Shown: positions 1 through 9,085, counted from the stretch's first letter. The stretch is 64,000 bases of DNA from Candidatus Magasanikbacteria bacterium RIFOXYC2_FULL_42_28 (GCA_001784435.1 MFQZ01000001.1:16032-80031), one strand, 5' to 3'. Notes: generated from the letters alone by a model not told the origin. Translations and numbers: made by a program.

Positions 1-106
1 TTTTACTATTATCTTCAACTCTAATCGCGTCGGTCTGCGGATGCCCAATTTTCTCCAACCACTCGGTCAAAGATATTTGTGTTTGGTATAATTTGGTTAG
101 GTCCAT
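1..106 (-). CDS. 5' part of a hypothetical protein running off the window start
   Basis: ATG at 106 overlaps the end of the GT2 gene; open frame MDLTKLYQTQISLTEWLEKIGHPQTDAIRVEDNSK continues to base 1; not in the ORF track. Confidence 0.55.
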   Translation of the reverse strand, partial: MDLTKLYQTQISLTEWLEKIGHPQTDAIRVEDNSK

Positions 107-813
107 ATATTATGCTTCTTTAAAACAATCTCTCGCGCCACTTCGTATTCCTTCACATCTTTTATTTTAAACGGTAATTTAAAAAATATTTTTGGAAGCC
201 AGCCACTCATTCCCTTTCGGCCACGGACGATTTTAGAATATAGACACTCTGACAAATATATTCCGATTTTATTTTTTTCAAACATCGTGAGCCACAAATC
301 CCAGTCCTGGAATCTTTTGAGCGCGGGATCAAAACCGCAAAAATCTTTCATGCGAATAAGCGAGGTGGTATCAATGTAATTTTGTTTTTTTAACGCGCCA
401 GCATCAAACTCTTGGCTCGGCATTTTTTTCCAACCAAATTTATAATCGCAATACACATAACTATTTTCCGGATTTTTTTCTAAAACTTCCACCATTTTTG
501 CGAGCATTTCCGGCTGAGCAATGGTATCCGCATCCCAAAAAATTACATACTCACCATTTGCCTCTTTAAACCCACAATTACGCGCGACCGGAGCGCCTTG
601 GTTAGTTTGGTTAATAATTTTAATATTTAGACGTAAAAACTTTTCATCTGCCAAAATTTTTTTAATTTCCTCGCCAAAATTATCAGCACTGCCATCATTA
701 ACAATAATTACCTCCAAATTTTTATAGGTTTGGCAACGCAAAGAATCCAAACTTTTAATCAAAGTTTTGGCGTGATTATAAACAGGAATAATTACGGAAA
801 TTAGTTTAAACAT
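97..813 (-). CDS. Glycosyltransferase family 2
   Basis: ISVIIPVYN, VIIVNDGS, FWDAD (DxD) and QDWDLW motifs. Confidence 0.9.
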   Translation of the reverse strand: MFKLISVIIPVYNHAKTLIKSLDSLRCQTYKNLEVIIVNDGSADNFGEEIKKILADEKFLRLNIKIINQTNQGAPVARNCGFKEANGEYVIFWDADTIAQPEMLAKMVEVLEKNPENSYVYCDYKFGWKKMPSQEFDAGALKKQNYIDTTSLIRMKDFCGFDPALKRFQDWDLWLTMFEKNKIGIYLSECLYSKIVRGRKGMSGWLPKIFFKLPFKIKDVKEYEVAREIVLKKHNIWT

Positions 814-820
814 GATGAAA

Positions 821-871
821 ATATTGGATATTTGGTATTTGGATTTGATTTGACATTGGAAATTTGATATT
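821..871. repeat. Heptamer-like intergenic repeat (TTTGGATTTGATTTGACATTGGAAATTTG family)
   Basis: Near-identical strings at ~31982-32020 and ~60245-60288. Confidence 0.75.
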
Positions 872-1734
872 TATAATATCACACTCTCCCGATCCTGCCC
901 CTTGGGTGGTAAAATATACAAATCGGTACGACCATACTCATCTAACCCAATCCCCTCACCTTGGCCAGATAGAACGGCCAGAAGGGGCTTGCAGTAACGA
1001 CAGGACTCGCCTTCCGGGCATTTAAAGCGATTTAACTGGCGGGCCAATTTCATTTGCATTGCCACATCCAAAACTCGCTTTTTGGACTCGGCTAAATCCG
1101 GCAAGGGCTTTTCAGTTAATTCATCATTAGTTTCCAAATACCAATAACTGGCCTTGGTCACTTGCCGTTTTTGGCAGTTGGTGACTAATAGATTATAAAT
1201 CGGCAATTGGAGCGACGCTTCGTCCTCTTCGCTTTTCCCGGTTTTAAAATCCACGATGTGAACGCTGTCGGTCTCGGGCAAATATTCCAGCCAGTCAATT
1301 TTCCCACACAAAATTATCCCCTCCTCTTCGGACAACCAATAATAAGGTAAGTCTTCTTTAATTTTTACCGCCGGTTTTTTTAAAATTCCCGGATGATTAT
1401 ACGCGCGTCGCAACATTTCTTCACCGCGCGCCCGATATTTATTTTCTGTCGTCTCATCCCAAAATCCACCGCGCTTACCGGAAAATTTTGGCCACAAGTC
1501 ATGAAATTTATCCAAAAGAGATAAATCAAAGCGCTTATCAGTCGGCAAGACCGAAATTGATTCTAACACTTCGTGTACTGCCGACCCCAAAGCCAGCGCC
1601 GGCGCCATTACTTTTATTTTATGATTTGTTTTGGGATCCTTGTAAACATTTTGATAATAATACAATTGCGGACATTTCAAAAAATCACTGGAAGACGAGT
1701 GTGAGACCCACACGGCGGAAAATTTATCAGGCAT
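871..1734 (-). CDS. PD-(D/E)XK nuclease family protein (RecB/AddB/Cas4-like, likely Fe-S)
   Basis: N-terminal S..S..F..CP..YY, GKID...IVDFKTG, QLPIY, C-terminal CPEGESCRYC. Confidence 0.8.
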   Translation of the reverse strand: MPDKFSAVWVSHSSSSDFLKCPQLYYYQNVYKDPKTNHKIKVMAPALALGSAVHEVLESISVLPTDKRFDLSLLDKFHDLWPKFSGKRGGFWDETTENKYRARGEEMLRRAYNHPGILKKPAVKIKEDLPYYWLSEEEGIILCGKIDWLEYLPETDSVHIVDFKTGKSEEDEASLQLPIYNLLVTNCQKRQVTKASYWYLETNDELTEKPLPDLAESKKRVLDVAMQMKLARQLNRFKCPEGESCRYCKPLLAVLSGQGEGIGLDEYGRTDLYILPPKGQDRESVIL

Positions 1735-1869
1735 AATTTATAATTAAAGATTGAAGAATAAAGAATAAAGAATAAATAATTAACTAATTCACTAATTTCT
1801 AATTCGCTAATATAATGCCAAAGTAATTTAAGAATTTATAATTTTATTAGTTAATTAGTGAATTAGGAC

Positions 1870-3297
1870 TTAGCAAATTTTCGCAAACAATCGTTTTAAC
1901 AAATCTCTATCAACTGCGCCAAAAACAAATAATAAAATACCATATATAATCGCCACCAACGGAATAACAATCATAAAACTAATTTTGACGATTGATAAAT
2001 AGGCGATAACACCCATAATTACCGCCGGAATAAATGTCCGCCATAAATATTTCCACAATTCCGCGTAAGGTAAAATTATTTTTTTAGCGACGAGAATGGT
2101 ACCGGCGATTGCTAAAAACCCATTGCCGATAACGGCCGAAATCGCCGCGCCGACAATTCCCCAAATTGGAATCAAAATCAAATTTGAGATAACGCTCACA
2201 GTCAAAGCGGCTAATAACAAACCGGTTTGAGTTTTTTGTCTATCAGTGGCGTTTAAGGTGGCGCCGGTAACAAAACCCACATAGCCGAATATCAAACTTA
2301 GCAACAAAATTCTAAGCACCAGAACCGACGGTGCGTATTGCGCTCCGTAAATTGTGGTCAAGGTCGGGTAAGCCACGGCCGACAAGCCGAACGCCAAGGG
2401 AAAAACTACGGCGAATAAATAGCGCGTGGCTTTTACAAATAATTCGCCAACGCGGGCGCGATCAGTAATAAAAAATGAACTCATCGCCGGATAAACACTC
2501 GCCGTCAGGGCCGCCGGAATAAATTGGAACGCAAAAGTTATTTTAAAGGGCACGCTCCAATAACCCAACTCTGTCGGCGATAATAATTTTGACATTATAA
2601 TTGAATCAGAATAAGAATATAAACGCGTAATTAATCCCGCGATTGCAAACGGCCAAGCCATTACTAAAAATTTTTGTAATAATCCAAAATCAATTTTAGG
2701 AATAACTGGCGCGCCTAAAATTCTCCTTGCCATGAAGCCGGCATAAATTGCATTTACGCCAGCTGGTATTGTGTACGCCAAGATTAACCAATACAACGGA
2801 GCACCTAAATACAAGGCAACGCCGCCGATTATAGCGGTCAAAAATTGCGAACCGATTAAACCGGCGCCTTCAAACAACAAATTTTTCTTGGCGCGTAAAA
2901 TTCCATAAAAAGTGGCGTGAATATTATCAAAAAACATCGTGATGCCGGAAAGATAAATCATTGATTTTGTCAGCGCGTCGTAACCAAGCAAATTCGCGCA
3001 AATTATCAAAACTCCGTAAGAAATTACACCAAAAATTAATTTTGTGCCGAGAACGGTATTTAAATACGCGGAAGAATTAGTGTCAAAACGCGCGGCTTCG
3101 CGCGTCAAAACCGGACCCAAACCAAAATCGGCCACTACCGTAAAAATCGTGGTAAAAGCAATGGCAAAAAAATACACGCCGGTATTTTCCACACCAATCG
3201 CTCGCGCGATAAAAATAAAATAAACAAAAGAAATCGCCCGCTGTAAAACCGCGGCCACGGTTAAAAAGGTAGTATTTTGTGAAACTGAATAGGACAT
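1870..3297 (-). CDS. Polysaccharide flippase (Wzx/MurJ-like MOP superfamily)
   Basis: ~12-14 TM segments, VADFGL..VLTREAAR, D.IIMSKL....LGYWS. Confidence 0.85.
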   Translation of the reverse strand: MSYSVSQNTTFLTVAAVLQRAISFVYFIFIARAIGVENTGVYFFAIAFTTIFTVVADFGLGPVLTREAARFDTNSSAYLNTVLGTKLIFGVISYGVLIICANLLGYDALTKSMIYLSGITMFFDNIHATFYGILRAKKNLLFEGAGLIGSQFLTAIIGGVALYLGAPLYWLILAYTIPAGVNAIYAGFMARRILGAPVIPKIDFGLLQKFLVMAWPFAIAGLITRLYSYSDSIIMSKLLSPTELGYWSVPFKITFAFQFIPAALTASVYPAMSSFFITDRARVGELFVKATRYLFAVVFPLAFGLSAVAYPTLTTIYGAQYAPSVLVLRILLLSLIFGYVGFVTGATLNATDRQKTQTGLLLAALTVSVISNLILIPIWGIVGAAISAVIGNGFLAIAGTILVAKKIILPYAELWKYLWRTFIPAVIMGVIAYLSIVKISFMIVIPLVAIIYGILLFVFGAVDRDLLKRLFAKIC

Positions 3298-3298
3298 A

Positions 3299-4294
3299 TT
3301 AACAACGCAAACGACGAATTAAACAATAAATTAAATAAATAGTCGAACGCAAAGGCAAATCAAAGGTACCAGGATCTTCGTGATAGGTGGCGTTAAAACC
3401 GACTTTAAATCGCGAAACGCCGGCGTAGCGATGCGTCGGATCATACTGATAGGCACCGCCGTTGGAAACATTGGGCGCGACGCCAAAAAAATCATAAAAT
3501 TTATACCCAGTCGATTTTGCAAATTTAATCGCTTCCCACTGCGCCAAATACGGCGCCATTAATTGGCGATATTCGTGGTCAGACGCGCCGTATAAATAAT
3601 AAATTGTTTCGCCAAATCCAAACAAACAAACTGATGCTAAAGCGACATCATTATCAAAAATAGTAATTTGTGTGACCGCCGGATGACTCACGGCGACGTG
3701 ATAGGTTGATTCGGGGTGCAAAATAAAATTGTCGCGCTCGCCGGTCTTTTTAAATAAATCCCAAAATACTTTAAAATTTTTCGCGCGCGAAACAATCAGA
3801 TTTTTTCGCTGCGCCAAATTTATATTATAACGTGTCTTGGGGTGAAATGATTTTAAAATTTCGTCTTCATTTTTTATTAAATCCAATATCATGGTTGCTG
3901 GTGGGTTGATATCGGTAATTAACTTCATCCTCTTCTTAATATTCGATGAAAAAAAATCCAATATTGTCGGCTCTAACCGAACAAACACACATCCTTTTTC
4001 ATGCAGATAATTAAATAATCCGTTAAGGGATTCCTCCGCTCCCTGCGACGGTCGGTCGGAATGACAGTGAAAAACCGGCCCCTTGTGAATTTGAGCGTAT
4101 TTAAATCCCAAGAATAAATTCTTATAAACTACCTGCGCTAGTAATTTTACCTCACCTTCTTCAACTAACAAACGTTCAACTTTTTGCCCGATTGATTCCA
4201 AAATTTCTCCCCATTCAAACGATTGCAAAAAATTAGCCGACGCTGAATTTGCCAACTTATTCCATTCATTTTTGTCGGTAATTATTTTAATCAT
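3299..4294 (-). CDS. FemABX family peptidoglycan bridge aminoacyltransferase
   Basis: FLQSFEWG, KTRYNINLAQRK, YYLYGAS, YDFFGV, FKVGFN; start set at MIKII, coupled (ATGA) to the upstream stop. Confidence 0.88.
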   Translation of the reverse strand: MIKIITDKNEWNKLANSASANFLQSFEWGEILESIGQKVERLLVEEGEVKLLAQVVYKNLFLGFKYAQIHKGPVFHCHSDRPSQGAEESLNGLFNYLHEKGCVFVRLEPTILDFFSSNIKKRMKLITDINPPATMILDLIKNEDEILKSFHPKTRYNINLAQRKNLIVSRAKNFKVFWDLFKKTGERDNFILHPESTYHVAVSHPAVTQITIFDNDVALASVCLFGFGETIYYLYGASDHEYRQLMAPYLAQWEAIKFAKSTGYKFYDFFGVAPNVSNGGAYQYDPTHRYAGVSRFKVGFNATYHEDPGTFDLPLRSTIYLIYCLIRRLRC

Positions 4295-5280
4295 ATTAGC
4301 GATCGCAACCACCGTTGAAAATTATATAAACGATATCGCCACGGACAAGCTACTAAATCATGCGTCCCGGGACGTTCCACAATTTTTCCGCCAAAACCAA
4401 GTTTAAATTTAGTAAAACCGGCGTAACGATGAACGCGATTATAATCATAATCAGTTCCGACAGTGATAACGCGTGGGGCAATACCAAAAAAATCATAGTA
4501 TCGCAAACCCTCCGCGCGCGCTAAGGAGATTATTTTTTCTTGAATTAAATACGAAGCTGACAAATGCCCGTGCCGACGCGAAGCGGCCGCGAATAAATAA
4601 ACAAGCATATCTCCCCATTGCCAAAATATCGCAGACGCCACCGGCTCGTTACCATGATACGCGACTAATTGACGACTGGACGCGCTCGCTAAAATTTTTT
4701 CATAGTGAATCTGCGGATGAGTTAAAAAATCATCATGGCGTGAAACTTCCTTAAGCAACGACCAAAATATTCCCAGGTTTTTTCCGACCACCACGCTTAC
4801 GCCCCGCTTGTTCGCCTGGTTGATTTCGTAGCGAGTTTTTTTATCTAAATTTTCCAAATACTTTTCTTGACTGCCAATTAATTCCAAAACCAAAGTTGTG
4901 CTGGGATTAACATCTCTAACTTTTTTCATGGTAACCGCGCCCGGAACCAACTCCGGTTCAATACGTAAAAATATATAGCCGGCGTTTCGCGCCCAATTTT
5001 GCAATAACTCATAAATTCGCACCCGAATATCTTTGGCCAAACCGCGTTTTAACACCGGCCCATTCGGACAAAATCCATATTTTAATCCCAATGGCAAACG
5101 CGCTTCCATAATTTGCGCCATTGCTAAAATCTCTTCGCCTTCTACCAAAGCCAGACGCCTGACTTTTTTACCCTCGGATAACAAAACTTCACCCCAATCC
5201 CAAGATTGCGGAAAAGTGGCGCCGAGCGTTAACAAAAAACTATCCCAATCGTCTTTTTTGGTGACCTCTTTCATTTCCAT
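4291..5280 (-). CDS. FemABX family peptidoglycan bridge aminoacyltransferase (paralog)
   Basis: FPQSWDWG, KTRYEINQANKRGV, YDFFGI, FKLGFGG. Confidence 0.88.
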   Translation of the reverse strand: MEMKEVTKKDDWDSFLLTLGATFPQSWDWGEVLLSEGKKVRRLALVEGEEILAMAQIMEARLPLGLKYGFCPNGPVLKRGLAKDIRVRIYELLQNWARNAGYIFLRIEPELVPGAVTMKKVRDVNPSTTLVLELIGSQEKYLENLDKKTRYEINQANKRGVSVVVGKNLGIFWSLLKEVSRHDDFLTHPQIHYEKILASASSRQLVAYHGNEPVASAIFWQWGDMLVYLFAAASRRHGHLSASYLIQEKIISLARAEGLRYYDFFGIAPRVITVGTDYDYNRVHRYAGFTKFKLGFGGKIVERPGTHDLVACPWRYRLYNFQRWLRSLI

Positions 5281-5299
5281 AACAACTCTATTTTAACAT

Positions 5300-5325
5300 A
5301 AAAAACAGACCTTGTAAAAGGCCTG
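5300..5325 (-). terminator. Intrinsic terminator after rpsI
   Basis: Minus strand CAGGCCTT-TTAC-AAGGTCTG followed by a T-run. Confidence 0.65.
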
Positions 5326-5350
5326 CTTATTCGTGTAAATTCGTGGTTCA

Positions 5351-5746
5351 TTAACGTTTGGACCACTGCGGTGCGCGCCGAGCTTTTTTCAAACCAAATT
5401 TCTTTCTTTCTTTGATGCGCGGATCGCGTGTCAATAGTCCCACTGATTTTAAGGTCTTTTTTACGGTCTCATCTTCTTTAACTAGGGCGCGCGCGACACC
5501 CAAACAAATTGCTGTGGCCTGGCCTTTTTTCCCGCCACCGGCTACTTTCGTGGACAAATCATAGGCCTTTTCTTTACCAAGCAATTTAAGCGGTTGTAAA
5601 ACAATATCTTGTAATTCGGCATAAGTAAAATACTGCGCGAACTCCATGCCATTTACCGTTATTTTGCCGGTCCCCCGCTCCAAACGCACGCGCGCGGAAG
5701 CGCGTTTGCGCCGACCGATAGTACGATTCTTTATATCAGCAGTCAT
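5351..5746 (-). CDS. rpsI: 30S ribosomal protein S9
   Basis: GRRK.ASARVRL, GGGKKGQA, ERKKFGLKKARRAPQWSKR. Confidence 0.98.
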   Translation of the reverse strand: MTADIKNRTIGRRKRASARVRLERGTGKITVNGMEFAQYFTYAELQDIVLQPLKLLGKEKAYDLSTKVAGGGKKGQATAICLGVARALVKEDETVKKTLKSVGLLTRDPRIKERKKFGLKKARRAPQWSKR

Positions 5747-5748
5747 AA

Positions 5749-6105
5749 TTATTTTGTTTTAAATGTCAATCTATTCAAACGTCCAGCGCGCAATTTATTT
5801 TTTGGCAACATTTTTATCACCGCGTGGCGGACAACTTCTTCCGGGTTCTCTTTTAAAACTTTTTTCAACGGAATTTCTTTCAAACCGCCCGGATGCATGG
5901 AGTGATGTCGAAAAAGTTTCTGATCTATTTTTTTACCGGTCAAAACAATGCCGGCCGAGTTTTCTACTACCACTTTATCACCACCATCCACATGCGGTTC
6001 ATAGGTGGCTTTGTGCTTGCCCATAAGTACGGTCGCGATTTTGGTCGCGAGCCGTCCCGGTTTTTCACCAGTGGCGTCAAAAACTACTGTCTTTCTTTTG
6101 GACAT
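5749..6105 (-). CDS. rplM: 50S ribosomal protein L13 (short form)
   Basis: DATG...GRLATKIA..LMGKHK, HSMHPGGLK, KMLPKNKL. Confidence 0.96.
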   Translation of the reverse strand: MSKRKTVVFDATGEKPGRLATKIATVLMGKHKATYEPHVDGGDKVVVENSAGIVLTGKKIDQKLFRHHSMHPGGLKEIPLKKVLKENPEEVVRHAVIKMLPKNKLRAGRLNRLTFKTK

Positions 6106-6116
6106 ATCTTGTACAA

Positions 6117-6467
6117 TTAAACTAATTCAATAACCGACTGCTCGCCGCCATCACCGCGACGCACGCCGATTTTAGTAATTCTGGTATAACCACCTTGACG
6201 GTCAGCATAACGCGGACCGATTACCTCCATCATTTTTTTAATCACCTTAGCGGTATATAAAAATGTCCCCAAATAACGGCGGGCGGCCAAATTATTCTGT
6301 TTGGCCTTAGTGATAAGGCGCTCCGCTAACGGACGCAAGGCCTTGGCTTTGCCGGTGGTGGTAGTAATCTTTTCGTACAACACCAAACTTTCCACCAAAT
6401 TGGCGAGAAGTGAACGGCGTGCCGCTGTTTTACGGCCTAATGTTATTTTTTTCTTTTGATGACGCAT
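6117..6467 (-). CDS. rplQ: 50S ribosomal protein L17
   Basis: MRHQKK...LGR, ITTT..KAK, GGYTRI. Confidence 0.97.
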   Translation of the reverse strand: MRHQKKKITLGRKTAARRSLLANLVESLVLYEKITTTTGKAKALRPLAERLITKAKQNNLAARRYLGTFLYTAKVIKKMMEVIGPRYADRQGGYTRITKIGVRRGDGGEQSVIELV

Positions 6468-6478
6468 ATCTTACAAAA

Positions 6479-7303
6479 TTACTTTTTCTTAGCGGTTTTC
6501 TTTTTAACACTTTTTTCTTTTTTATCCACTTTTTCTTCGGTTTCAATTTTACCTTCGGCCACTTCGGGGTCAACATCAGGTTTTTCCATGGTCATTTCCG
6601 ATTGATTCATCCCATCTTTTAAACTACCGAGCACAGTGGAAAAATGATCAATCAATATCTGCGTTGCTTGGGCAGCAGCTGACTGTGGGGTGATAGTGCC
6701 GTCAGTTTCAATATTTAATACTAATTTCTCGTAGTTAGTAATATCCCCCAAACGAGTATATTCAACTTTATAGCCGACATCTTTAATCGGAGAATAAACC
6801 GAATCAATTAAAATCGTGCCTAATTCATTATTATCTTTATTTTTTTCTTCCACCGGTTTATAACCACGGCCCCGACCGACGGTAATTTCCATTTCCAAAC
6901 CCTTGGTACCGGTCAAATTGCAAATAACCAAATCTTTGTTAATCACTTCCACATCGGCATTTTTTTCAATATCAGCGCCCGTAACCGGACCTTTGCCTTT
7001 TTTAACCAAATTTAATTTCACCGGCTCATCGGAATAAACACGAACCGACAACTGTTTTAAATTTAAGATAATTTCCACGACGTCTTCTTTTACGCCTTCA
7101 ACCGCGGAAAATTCATGGGACACGCCCCGAATTTTGAATGACTCTACCGAAGAACCCGGCAAAGAAGAGAGCAACACCCGGCGAAGCGCGTTACCGAGAG
7201 TGGTGCCATAGCCATGGTAACACGGCATCACGGTAAGCGAACCGGAAAACTCATCAGCACCCGGCTGAAATTCTATTTTTGATGGCAATAAGAAATTTTC
7301 CAT
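6479..7303 (-). CDS. rpoA: RNA polymerase alpha subunit (no alpha-CTD)
   Basis: GYGTTLGNALRRVLLSSLPG, HEFS..EGVKEDV; ends in an E/K-rich tail. Confidence 0.96.
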   Translation of the reverse strand: MENFLLPSKIEFQPGADEFSGSLTVMPCYHGYGTTLGNALRRVLLSSLPGSSVESFKIRGVSHEFSAVEGVKEDVVEIILNLKQLSVRVYSDEPVKLNLVKKGKGPVTGADIEKNADVEVINKDLVICNLTGTKGLEMEITVGRGRGYKPVEEKNKDNNELGTILIDSVYSPIKDVGYKVEYTRLGDITNYEKLVLNIETDGTITPQSAAAQATQILIDHFSTVLGSLKDGMNQSEMTMEKPDVDPEVAEGKIETEEKVDKKEKSVKKKTAKKK

Positions 7304-7312
7304 ACAAAAAAA

Positions 7313-7921
7313 TTAACGAGAATAAAATTCAACAATTGATTTAGCGTTGAATGGCTGGCCGGACAGGGTTGGATTATTTAAAATTTTAGCCGACAAGGCC
7401 TTGACGTCCAAACCGATCCAGGCCGGGGGTTCAACTTTATTTAACCCCTCTTTTAAAATTTCAACGATTTTTTTGTTAACTGATTTTTCATAAATTGCCA
7501 CGGTATCGCCCACTTTAACACGGTAAGAAGGAATGTTAACTTTTTGACCGTTCACGCTTACGTGACCATGGCCGACGAGTTGTCGACCGGCCGCGCGTGA
7601 ACTGGCAAACCCGGCGCGATAAGCGACATTGTCCAAACGTGATTCCAAATATTGAATCACAAACACGCCGGTATCACCGGTTTTCTTTGACGCTTCCGCC
7701 ACATAATTAGAAAACTGACGTTCTAAAATTCCGTAAAGACGTTTAACTTTTTGTTTTTCCAACAACTGCTTACCGTAGCCGGAAACTTTGGGACGGCGCT
7801 TAGACACACCGTGCACACCGGGCGGATAACTGCGTTTCGTTACCGGACATTTCGGAGAATCACAAAGTTTCTCGCCATACTTGCGACACAATTTATGTTT
7901 TGGTCTTAAATCTCTACCCAT
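7313..7921 (-). CDS. rpsD: 30S ribosomal protein S4 (Zn-binding Cys type)
   Basis: YPPGVHG, QLLEKQKVKRLYGILERQF, LESRLDNV, IVEFYSR. Confidence 0.98.
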   Translation of the reverse strand: MGRDLRPKHKLCRKYGEKLCDSPKCPVTKRSYPPGVHGVSKRRPKVSGYGKQLLEKQKVKRLYGILERQFSNYVAEASKKTGDTGVFVIQYLESRLDNVAYRAGFASSRAAGRQLVGHGHVSVNGQKVNIPSYRVKVGDTVAIYEKSVNKKIVEILKEGLNKVEPPAWIGLDVKALSAKILNNPTLSGQPFNAKSIVEFYSR

Positions 7922-7941
7922 AACAAAAAAATTAAAGTAAT

Positions 7942-8394
7942 TTAGACGCGACGGCGTTTAGGAGGCCGACAGCCGTTGTGAGGAATCGGGGTAACATCGT
8001 TAATCGCTACCACATTCAAACCGTGAGTATGTAAAGCGCGAATCGCGCCTTCGCGACCACCACCTACTCCTTTTATAAACACACTCACTTCTTTGATACC
8101 ATAATCAACCACTTTATCAATGCAATCTTTGGCCACTTGCGAGGCGGCGTACGGAGTGGCTTTTTTGGGGCCTTTAAAACCAACTTTACCGGCGGATGAC
8201 CAACTCAAAACATTGCCGGTCGGATCGGCCAAAGTAATAATGGTATTATTGTAAGATGCTTGAACATAAGCGTGCGCGCGCGGAACTTGACGCACGGCTT
8301 TTTTCTTTTTGGTCTTGACCACTTTAGTCGCCGGCGCAGCCGCGTCAGTAACCGCTGGTTTAGTGGTGTCAGTTTTAATTTTTTCTTCGGACAT
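7942..8394 (-). CDS. rpsK: 30S ribosomal protein S11
   Basis: SYNNTIIT, KKATPYAA, DVTPIPHNGCRPPKRRRV. Confidence 0.98.
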   Translation of the reverse strand: MSEEKIKTDTTKPAVTDAAAPATKVVKTKKKKAVRQVPRAHAYVQASYNNTIITLADPTGNVLSWSSAGKVGFKGPKKATPYAASQVAKDCIDKVVDYGIKEVSVFIKGVGGGREGAIRALHTHGLNVVAINDVTPIPHNGCRPPKRRRV

Positions 8395-8421
8395 ATATCA
8401 ATATATCAAAGTTGGGATAAA

Positions 8422-8805
8422 TTAAGTTTTTGTCTCTTTCTTCTTACCGGAAACAGCAGTTTTGCGCACATTACCACGCACGGTGCGGGAGTTAGTTTTG
8501 GTACGTTGACCACGAACCGGCAAATGCTTCATGTGGCGCAATCCAATATAACTTTTGATGTCTTTCAGCCGTTTAATGTTAAACATCACTTCCCGACGCA
8601 AATTGCCTTCAGTGGTATATTCTTTTTCCACAATATCGCGCAATAAATCTTCTTGAGCCGGAGTTAAATCCTTAACGCGGATATTCCAATCAATCTTGGC
8701 TTTTTCCAAAATTTTATTGGTGAGGGTCTGACCGATGCCGTAAACATAGTTCAACGACACGCCGATTTTTTTCTCCTTAGGGATATTTGTTCCTGCAATT
8801 CTCAT
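8422..8805 (-). CDS. rpsM: 30S ribosomal protein S13
   Basis: MRIAGTNIP, YGIG, LPVRGQRTKTNSRT; start corrected to 8805 because the ORF-track start overlaps rpmJ. Confidence 0.97.
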   Translation of the reverse strand: MRIAGTNIPKEKKIGVSLNYVYGIGQTLTNKILEKAKIDWNIRVKDLTPAQEDLLRDIVEKEYTTEGNLRREVMFNIKRLKDIKSYIGLRHMKHLPVRGQRTKTNSRTVRGNVRKTAVSGKKKETKT

Positions 8806-8845
8806 AAAAACTTTATAAACTTTATGAACTTTAAAAACTTTTATT

Positions 8846-8959
8846 TTAACCTTGTCTTTGTTTATGTTTGGGATTAGCACAAATTACGCGCACCCGACCT
8901 TTGCGGCGCACGGTTTTACACTTTAAACAGATTTTTTTTACTGAAGCTTGTACTCTCAT
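8846..8959 (-). CDS. rpmJ: 50S ribosomal protein L36
   Basis: Read by hand: [37 protein letters not shown]; below the ORF-track cutoff. Confidence 0.97.
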   Translation of the reverse strand: MRVQASVKKICLKCKTVRRKGRVRVICANPKHKQRQG

Positions 8960-8985
8960 AATCGATTAAATAGAATTTTTTCATT

Positions 8986-9085
8986 TAAAAAACACCAACC
9001 ACTGCCGCGATATCAGCGCCGGATTCTTTTCTCCCGACTAAGTCGGGATACTGAATCCAACTACACCGCACTGGTTGATACTCCT
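8986..9085 (-). ncRNA. Candidate structured RNA (rod-like hairpin) between infA and rpmJ
   Basis: Nested stems GAGUAUCAACCA/UGGUUGGUGUUU, GCGGUGU/AUAUCGC, UUGGAUUC/GAAUCCGG, UCCCGAC/GUCGGGA, with many G-U pairs on the minus strand. Confidence 0.45.

Noticed and set aside
871-1734. CRISPR-Cas locus suggested by the Cas4-like nuclease
   Set aside because: No repeat-spacer array or other cas genes in the window
8806-8880. N-terminal extension of S13 in the ORF track
   Set aside because: It overlaps rpmJ and a short AACTTTA tandem tract; the true start is MRIAG at 8805
8986-9085. SRP (4.5S) RNA
   Set aside because: Lacks the conserved CAGG-GNRA-AGCA domain IV motif; kept only as an unknown structure
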